From: Candidatus Xenobia bacterium
GTDB lineage: Bacteria > Vulcanimicrobiota > Xenobia > Xenobiales > QWHO01
Assembly (NCBI GenBank): GCA_045863235.1
Contig: BTUM01000105.1
Span: 1-24,525, forward strand
Reading direction: 5' to 3'
Length of the DNA: 24,525 nucleotides
The notes under the pieces are model-generated. The model saw only the letters and a list, made by a program, of their open reading frames with translations, did not search any database and was not told where the DNA came from. Every line of letters begins with the position of its first letter. Position 1 is the stretch's first letter. A program made the translations under genes and the position numbers. Of the stretch, positions 18,515 to 24,525 are shown in pieces.

Positions 18515-18988
18515 TCACCCGTTCGGGCTTGGGTGGTTGGGGATCCGGTAGAGCCAGATCGACCGGATCCTTCCCTGGCGGTCACCTTCAGCAGTCAATG
18601 CGCTAGCATACTCTTCTTGATGGCTGAGTGGTGGTAGCCCGATGCTGTAGTACGGGTTACCATGGCCATCGTGCCCAAACTTGCCTCCGGGGAAGACCTG
18701 TTGTGCGCGCGTCAACCTATCCCCCACCTTCAACAAGACGACCGTTCCCTGTGTCAGCACTCGTCCCTTGACGGATGAGGTTCCGTCATCGGCTCGCGAG
18801 TGCCCCATGTTGTCGGGTAGCAGGCGTCGATAGGCAGAGTCTTTCCAGTGCTCCGACGGCAAGATTCCCTCGATTCGCAGACCTGCCCCATCCGGATCAT
18901 AGCGGGCGGGCGAGGGACGACTCTCGCCAAATACGAGAATGGCCGTGACGACGAGCAGGATGGGCAGGTCGAGCGAGCGTTTCCTCAC
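18515..18988 (-). CDS. Hypothetical exported or membrane-anchored protein
   Basis: 157 aa with a basic N-terminus and a hydrophobic stretch (LPILLVVTAILVF). Weaker GC3 bias than its neighbours. Confidence 0.5.
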   Translation of the reverse strand: MRKRSLDLPILLVVTAILVFGESRPSPARYDPDGAGLRIEGILPSEHWKDSAYRRLLPDNMGHSRADDGTSSVKGRVLTQGTVVLLKVGDRLTRAQQVFPGGKFGHDGHGNPYYSIGLPPLSHQEEYASALTAEGDRQGRIRSIWLYRIPNHPSPNG

Positions 18989-19098
18989 AGACTGGATACC
19001 CCGGATCGGGGAGAAGTTCGACTGTTCGGCCGTGCATCGAGCTGGTGCGCGGTGTCTGGGGCCAGGCCCAGGAGCTGATCCGGTTCTGGCGTAACTTG

Positions 19099-19938
19099 TC
19101 AGAGCCGCTTGCGCAGCGGCACGCCGCCGACGAGCACCATCGACTCACGCTCCTCCATGGCCGTCCGACCCGCCTTCTGCTCGGTGGCGGCGAGTGTGGT
19201 CCAGGCGCTGAGCAACTCGGGATGCTCGAGCGACCGCCCCAGCCAGCGAAAGGGCTTTCGAAACTCCTGTTGGGAAGGTGGGCTCACGATCTCGACCATG
19301 CGCGACCGGCTATCCCACCACGTCTTCAGGCCGCGCCACCCGTTCGTCCTCAGGTGGGCCGGCAGGCTCCCGGTGGCCAGGTAGTAGTCGGTCTGGGTCT
19401 GGGCCTGGATGTCGCGCGGATAGCGCTCCGTCTCGTGACCGGCGCGCTCGAGGACGGCCTCGGCCGACACCGCCCCCCCGGCGTCCACGCGCAGCTCCAG
19501 CGCCGCTCGCCCCTCAACACCTCGCCGATACTCGTCGCGGACCACGGTTCGCGAGCCGTCGGCGTGGAAGGTCTCCTGCCAGCGGCGGTAGTCCAGCCCG
19601 TCCTTGTGCTCGAGGCGGGACGCCATGCCATAATCGAATGTGCGCGGGTCGATGACCAGCTCCGGATCGATCGGATCGAGCTCCACGTGCCAGCGGCCGT
19701 CGAGCCCGGTGGCCACCTTGAAGCTCCGATCCGGGTGGGTGGCCGGCCGCACCGAAGGCTCGCCCATCAGCGGCATCTCGACGAGCAGGTCGACGGGCAG
19801 GAGCGGCCCGGCCGGAAGCCGGGCGCTCACACCCGGCGAGTCGGACGACATCGGCAGGATCTCGACGCCGTTCGCGAGTTGCGTGCCAGGCTTCAGAGTC
19901 GCCGTGGTCGGCCATCGATAGGCACTGGAGACGAGCAT
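19099..19938 (-). CDS. Hypothetical protein
   Basis: Long ORF with GC3-rich codons; ATG 19938 preferred over TTG 19956. Ends EERESMVLVGGVPLRKRL. Confidence 0.7.
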   Translation of the reverse strand: MLVSSAYRWPTTATLKPGTQLANGVEILPMSSDSPGVSARLPAGPLLPVDLLVEMPLMGEPSVRPATHPDRSFKVATGLDGRWHVELDPIDPELVIDPRTFDYGMASRLEHKDGLDYRRWQETFHADGSRTVVRDEYRRGVEGRAALELRVDAGGAVSAEAVLERAGHETERYPRDIQAQTQTDYYLATGSLPAHLRTNGWRGLKTWWDSRSRMVEIVSPPSQQEFRKPFRWLGRSLEHPELLSAWTTLAATEQKAGRTAMEERESMVLVGGVPLRKRL

Positions 19939-20509
19939 GGCTCCATCTTCACTCAAACGGCTGAAAGGACCCGGAAAACTCCGGCACGGAGCCCTCCGGA
20001 CTCGAGCCCGATCCTCGGCCCTATTGAGTTCCGGGCGGAGTGAGCAGTGGCGCCTTATCTGAAGGGGGGGCTGAGTCGGTGAATTTCATCGAGGAGCTTG
20101 ACATGAGGGTGGAAGGCAACCTGACCCGGCGGAAGATTCGCCACAGGGAAGCACTGGCTAACCTCTCCAGGAGATCTGAAATGGTCCTCCTGAGAGCTCC
20201 GGTGCCCATGCCCGCCCCTGGTCCTCGACCAGGTTGCCTGCAGGGCCGCGAAGCGGCCGAAGGGTTGACGGAGAGTGGGCGTAGGCGGCCCGAACCGTCA
20301 GAGGGGCCGGTCTCCCACGGCGGGCCGACTCTTGGCAAGATGCCGCCCCTGGTGATCCGGGACATCCAATCTGGGTCCTACGTAACGCCCCTTCAGCGCC
20401 TTATGGCAGGCGACGAGCTTTCCGCTTCGCTCTTGCACCGTCGAAGTGTGAGCTGCACAAGGTTACCTGAGAATTATTCTGGATGTCATTGTAGGGTGTG
20501 GTCGACGAT

Positions 20510-20830
20510 TCATTGGGGAATCGGAGCGGCAGGGACACCGCGGAAGCGGTACGTGTCGGCAGAACCTTTTCCTGTGATAGTCTGCCCTCCTCGGCTTGTG
20601 TCCCCTGATGCATGGACACCTGGAACGAGCCCAAACATGCCAATCGCGGTTGTCTTCTTGTGCACGTCGAGCCCGACGAAGATGTTGTTGGATTCCTGGG
20701 TGGGCAAAGTCTCATCGTTTCTGGCTTGGCGATTCTTCGCCACGCGACTCTGCTGACTCTGTCAGTAACCCGCGGGTCCACCCACCTTTCGGTTTCGTGC
20801 GGGTTCGGAGAGCCCGTAATCCGAGGATAA
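20510..20830 (-). mobile_element. IS110-family remnant: transposase N-terminal fragment plus upstream non-coding end
   Basis: IFVGLDVHKKTTAI (about 20642-20683) is the first catalytic-Asp motif of IS110 DEDD recombinases. The frame ends after 77 aa. Hairpin-rich sequence lies upstream. Boundaries are approximate. Confidence 0.65.
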
Positions 20831-20900
20831 AGAGTGCGGCCCCCAGGTGGTTTTCCCCGAGCGCGTAGGGTCTTTGCACCGGCTCCCGAAGAGCCCGGCC

Positions 20901-21314
20901 ATGCCTTTGCACGAGATCCTCACCACGCTCTTCATTCTCATCCTCACCTCCGTCATGCCGCCGGGCCCTCAGACCCAGTACCGCATTACCCTGGAGCGGG
21001 GCATGGAGACAGGCGTGGTGCTGGTCGAGCGCACACCCACCGGGCTGGACTTTACCGACCAGGGGGGGCTCTTGATCGCCCGCGCTCTGACCCAATCCCC
21101 TTTGGTCTACCAGGTCAGCTCGCAGGAGGGCGAGGAGCGCGTCGACCTGAAGGGCTATCTCCCCACCCTCACGGCGCCGCTTCCGGCTGATCAGGCCTCG
21201 CTCAGCCTGACCGCCACCGATGGCGACAGGGTCGACATTACCCGCCAGGGTCAGGCCATCGTGGTGAAGTTCTCCGCCCTGCCGGACTTCGTGGCCACCA
21301 TCGAGCCGCGCTGA
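20901..21314 (+). CDS. Hypothetical exported protein
   Basis: N-terminal hydrophobic segment ILTTLFILILTSV followed by a beta-rich body with host-like codons. Confidence 0.65.
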   Translation: MPLHEILTTLFILILTSVMPPGPQTQYRITLERGMETGVVLVERTPTGLDFTDQGGLLIARALTQSPLVYQVSSQEGEERVDLKGYLPTLTAPLPADQASLSLTATDGDRVDITRQGQAIVVKFSALPDFVATIEPR

Positions 21315-21355
21315 GCTTTCATCCTCCTTTGAGGGGAGGACCCTACAATCAGGCC

Positions 21356-22357
21356 ATGCTCTCGACCACCATGGCCCTCGCGCCCCTGTCCGGCGCAAGC
21401 TGGAAGGCAAGCCCCCACTCCAGTTCCGCCCACACTGACCCGCAGGACTATCGTACGTCCCCGAGCGATGAGGTGATTCAGGTATCGGCCCCGGCACCGC
21501 AAGCCCCGGCGCGGCTTCCTCGCATCGCGATGCTGGTGGCCCTGTGCGCCAGCCTGGGAGCCTGTGCCACTCTCCCGGGCGGCCCGGTCCTAGCCCGCCA
21601 GGCCGGCGAGCCCATCACCCGCCAGAACCTGGCTGCCGAACTACCGGGAGGCGATCAGTGCGGGCGATTGGTCCCTCTGTCCCGTCAGCAGGCCGACCGG
21701 CCCACCCACGTGACCGTGCACGGCATGAACGGTGCCCCCGACAACCTGCAGGCTCTCACCAACCAGGCCGCCGCCCAGGGCTACAACACCATGGCCTTCG
21801 TCTACGAAGACCGCCAGTGCACGCTGCGTGAGACGGCCCGCGATCTGGCCGGCGAGCTGGCCGCCTGGCGCCTGGCTCATCCCACCCGGCCGCTGCGTAT
21901 CGATGCTCACTGCATGGGGGCTCGCATCAGCCTGAAGGCCCTCTCTGAGATGGGCGTCCGGGCGGGCGCGGTGCAGTTGAACATGCTGACCCCCCCGCTG
22001 GGCGGTTTCGCCCTGGCCAACACCGCCCAACTCGTCCCGCGGCCCCTGGCCCGGCTCTTCCCGGGCACCCTGCCGGGCTACGACATGGGCTCGAGCTCTG
22101 ACTTCCAGGCCGACCTCGAGCGCACCACTCTGCCGGGAAACATCAAAACCCGCATTTTCTACGGCCAGCGTGACGAGCTGATCGACTACACCCGACCCGT
22201 CTTCCATCAGGTGCAGCAGAACCTGAGGGCCAGCGTGCACTATGTTCCGGATGCGGACCACTTGCAGGTGATCGACGAGGTGGCCCGAGGCAACTTCACC
22301 ACCCGCCCCCTGCCCTACCAGCCACCCGGTAGTTTCCAGGCTATGGTGAGCTTCTGA
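21356..22357 (+). CDS. Alpha/beta-fold hydrolase with an AHCMG nucleophile elbow, possibly a lipoprotein
   Basis: Oxyanion motif VHGMNG, IDAHCMGA, PPLGG, GQRDELI (Asp) and ADHL (His). Internal hydrophobic stretch ending LGAC. Confidence 0.8.
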   Translation: MLSTTMALAPLSGASWKASPHSSSAHTDPQDYRTSPSDEVIQVSAPAPQAPARLPRIAMLVALCASLGACATLPGGPVLARQAGEPITRQNLAAELPGGDQCGRLVPLSRQQADRPTHVTVHGMNGAPDNLQALTNQAAAQGYNTMAFVYEDRQCTLRETARDLAGELAAWRLAHPTRPLRIDAHCMGARISLKALSEMGVRAGAVQLNMLTPPLGGFALANTAQLVPRPLARLFPGTLPGYDMGSSSDFQADLERTTLPGNIKTRIFYGQRDELIDYTRPVFHQVQQNLRASVHYVPDADHLQVIDEVARGNFTTRPLPYQPPGSFQAMVSF

Positions 22358-22505
22358 GACATCGCCCTGCGACCATCGAGACATCGCAGAACGCGCTGGG
22401 GGCTTCCCGTCGAGACGCGCGAGCCGGAGGCTGGAGCTTCTCCATCGAGACTGCGCAAGACGCGCGAGCCCGTCGTGGGAGGCTATCGAGGCTCGCGAAG
22501 CCTCG
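22356..22505. repeat. Degenerate short repeats and a hairpin between convergent genes
   Basis: GAGACATCGC x2 (22356, 22378), CCATCGAGAC x2 (22373, 22442), AGACGCGCGAGCC x2 (22413, 22458), and hairpin CGAGGCT-N5-AGCCTCG (22487-22505). Confidence 0.45.
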
Positions 22506-22511
22506 CCATCG

Positions 22512-23672
22512 TCAGGTCTGGTCGGCGCGCGGGTTGCGCAGTTTCGCGAGCAGCTGCGGGTCGGCCGTCTGGGTGGTGGGATCCACCTGCTGGGGCTGCT
22601 GACCTTTCTGGGCGTTCTGCTGCTCTTCCAGGTTGTTGGCCACCTCGCCACCCTTGCGCTTGTGGAGCGTTGGGCTGGCCAGGAGGGGCGAGTCGTCCAG
22701 CTTGCGGAAGCTGCGGAAATACGAGCCCGGCCCGATCTGACCGGCCGACTGCACATCCACGCTCTGGGTCGAGCCGGTGGCCCGGGTCTGCACGTCGTAG
22801 CTGCCGGTGGCCCCGGCCTGCCCCTCGCCACTCTTGGCGGCATTTTGGAGCTGCTCGGGCTGCTGCACTCCCGGCTGTCCCTGGAGCTGCTGGGCGGCCT
22901 GCTGGGTCTCGGGCGAGAGCTCGACCTTGTCGGTCTCCTTGTCGTCCTCGCCCGGCTTGCTCGGGTTGGTGGTTTTCGCCTGCTGAGCAGGCTGGGTGGC
23001 CTGAGTCGGTCTGGCCGCTGCGGCCGGGGGCGCGCTGCCCACCGCGCCGCCGCCCGGGGCGCCCGTACCTCCACCGCTCGACTTGGCTCCGCCCGCCTGT
23101 CCGGCGGGAGCCACCTGTCGAGGAACGTTGGGCTTCTTGGTGGCATTCTGGCCAGCCTGGCCCTGGGCCGCCTGCTGGTTGGGCTGGACGGTTTCTTCCT
23201 TGATGTCCACCCGCCCGATGACGTCCCGGCCGCCGTGCAGCATGCCGGGCTCGGTGGACGGGTTCCAGTAAGCCTTCTGCTGCTTCTTGGGCTGCTGGCT
23301 CTCCTGCACCGCGTTCACCCCGCCTCCACCGGCCGGGTCCTGGGGCTGGGCCTGCTGGCCCTGCTGCAGGTGCTGATCCACCCGCGGCTGCACCAGGCCC
23401 TGCAAGGCTTGCACCAGCGAGTCGATGTCGCCGTTCTTGGCAACGTTCTTGGTGTCCATCTCGCTCAACAGCTCGGCCGAAATGCTGGTGGCATCGAAAC
23501 CCGGATTCTCCGGACTGGCGACCCGAGACAGGCCCTGATCCTCAGCAGCCCTGGTGACGGTTTGCACAGCCCGGTTGCGAACCTCCGGGTTCTCACCCAG
23601 GGGCCGCTTCTCAAGAGGTTGGGGGGCTTGCTCGGGGGCGGGGGCTCCGGCCGTGGGGGTCTTCAGCAGCAT
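22512..23672 (-). CDS. Gln/Ala/Pro/Gly-rich low-complexity hypothetical protein
   Basis: GGAGG SD 8 nt before ATG 23672, 386-aa ORF, GC3-rich codons. Confidence 0.75.
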   Translation of the reverse strand: MLLKTPTAGAPAPEQAPQPLEKRPLGENPEVRNRAVQTVTRAAEDQGLSRVASPENPGFDATSISAELLSEMDTKNVAKNGDIDSLVQALQGLVQPRVDQHLQQGQQAQPQDPAGGGGVNAVQESQQPKKQQKAYWNPSTEPGMLHGGRDVIGRVDIKEETVQPNQQAAQGQAGQNATKKPNVPRQVAPAGQAGGAKSSGGGTGAPGGGAVGSAPPAAAARPTQATQPAQQAKTTNPSKPGEDDKETDKVELSPETQQAAQQLQGQPGVQQPEQLQNAAKSGEGQAGATGSYDVQTRATGSTQSVDVQSAGQIGPGSYFRSFRKLDDSPLLASPTLHKRKGGEVANNLEEQQNAQKGQQPQQVDPTTQTADPQLLAKLRNPRADQT

Positions 23673-23789
23673 GCAGCGTTCCTCCAGATCGCATATCCCC
23701 CTGAAATCGACCCGAACTAGGGGGGGCGGGTAAACAGGTTATGAATAAATCGTAACATTCTGGGGATGTTGAGCAAGTTCTTGGGGACA

Positions 23790-23815
23790 TGTAACAGAAC
23801 GTCCACGGGCCGGTC
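23790..23815 (+). promoter_or_regulatory. Possible ECF-sigma promoter
   Basis: TGTAAC-N16-GGTC upstream of the SD of the EF-hand gene. Confidence 0.3.
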
Positions 23816-23851
23816 GATAGGGGCAGAGAGACAGAAAGGAGCCCAACCCCG

Positions 23852-24525
23852 ATGAACCGTGGATGGAATGCGATGCTGATCGGCCTGGTGGCCGCTTTGA
23901 CCCTGACCGCCGGCGCCCAGGAGCCGAGCCAGGAGTGCCAGCAGGGTGGAGGCCCGCGGGGCCAGATTCTGGAGCGTTTTGATGCTAACCAGGACGGCCG
24001 ACTCGATCAGGGTGAGCGCCAGACCGCTCGCCAGGCCCGCCGCGAGCGTAACCAGGGCAAAATTCTGGAGCGGTTCGACGCCAACCAGGATGGCACGCTC
24101 GACCAGGGCGAGCGCCAGTCTGCCCGCCAGGCTCGCCGCGAACGCATGGGCCAGAGCGGCGGCAACTCTCCGAATTGTGACCGCGACGGCAATCGACCCG
24201 GCCCGCGCGGCGGCCAGGGCACCAACTGGGAGAACCCGCCCGGACAGGCCGGCGGACCGGGCACGAGTCCCGACCGCCCGGGGCGGTTTGGTAACGAAGG
24301 CAACCAGGGCCAGGGTCCGCGCTTTGACCGCGACGGCAATCGACCCGGCCCGCGCGGCGACCAGGGCACGAACTGGGAGAACCCGCCCGGACAGGCCGGC
24401 GGACCGAGCACGAGCCCGGACCGCCCCGGACAATGCGGAAACGAAGACCGTCCGCGCTTTGATCGCGACGGCAATCGACCCGGCCCGCGAGGCGGCCAGG
24501 GCACCAACTGGGAGAACCCGCCCGG
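23852..24525 (+). CDS. Secreted EF-hand protein with Gly/Pro-rich tandem repeats (3' end beyond window)
   Basis: AAAGGAG SD, ATG 23852, signal peptide (LIGLVAALTLTAGA/QE), two ILERFDANQDGxLDQGE EF-hands, then DRDGNRPGPRGxQGTNWENPP repeats. Open to the window end. Confidence 0.85.
   Translation, partial: MNRGWNAMLIGLVAALTLTAGAQEPSQECQQGGGPRGQILERFDANQDGRLDQGERQTARQARRERNQGKILERFDANQDGTLDQGERQSARQARRERMGQSGGNSPNCDRDGNRPGPRGGQGTNWENPPGQAGGPGTSPDRPGRFGNEGNQGQGPRFDRDGNRPGPRGDQGTNWENPPGQAGGPSTSPDRPGQCGNEDRPRFDRDGNRPGPRGGQGTNWENPP
24179..24525 (+). repeat. Intragenic tandem repeat, three copies visible
   Basis: Units start at 24179, 24326 and 24461 (periods 147 and 135 bp, both multiples of 3). 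Confidence 0.9.

Noticed and set aside
20021..20509. ORFs 20021..20365, 20040..20756 and 20401..20781 as genes or as the transposase C-terminus
   Set aside because: Atypical codon usage and no recognisable IS110 C-terminal motifs; left as unassigned, probably decayed DNA.
20753..20830. c-di-GMP-I riboswitch (GAAA loop, GCGGGTTACTGA ending)
   Set aside because: The GGCAAA/GGTAA 5' P1 strand and the ACGCAAAG junction are missing; an IS end explains the sequence better.
23717..24507. Minus-strand repeat ORFs
   Set aside because: They are shadows of the plus-strand EF-hand gene, which has an SD, a signal peptide and recognisable motifs.
24179..24525. CRISPR array
   Set aside because: The repeats are long, in frame and coding, without unique spacers of uniform length, and no cas genes are present.

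Overview
High-GC (~68% by eye) bacterial chromosomal window. The alpha-2-macroglobulin lipoprotein with pbpC points to a diderm, non-actinobacterial host (inference). Left part (271-8789): a mycothiol-like cluster with an inositol monophosphatase, an MshD-like tandem GNAT, a FemAB/CelD-like GNAT translationally coupled to an MshA-like GT4, an MFS transporter, and a peptidase-S51-like domain fused to a CysRS C-terminal domain. No mshB, mshC or ino1 is present in the window. The cluster is split by a frameshifted Ig-repeat/beta-propeller lipoprotein gene containing a ~165-bp internal inversion. Middle: two paralogous small coiled-coil genes with a co-duplicated upstream operator-like motif, a hypothetical gene, and the a2M-pbpC operon. 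Right: two orphan LexA-like boxes, hypothetical genes, an IS110 remnant with a structured end, an alpha/beta hydrolase with Cys at the nucleophile position, a Gln/Ala-rich protein, and a secreted EF-hand repeat protein running off the end (absent from the ORF track). The best candidate for a new system is a possibly MshC-independent, tRNA-dependent mycothiol-like pathway; this is a hypothesis. All calls come from motif recognition by eye; no searches were run.
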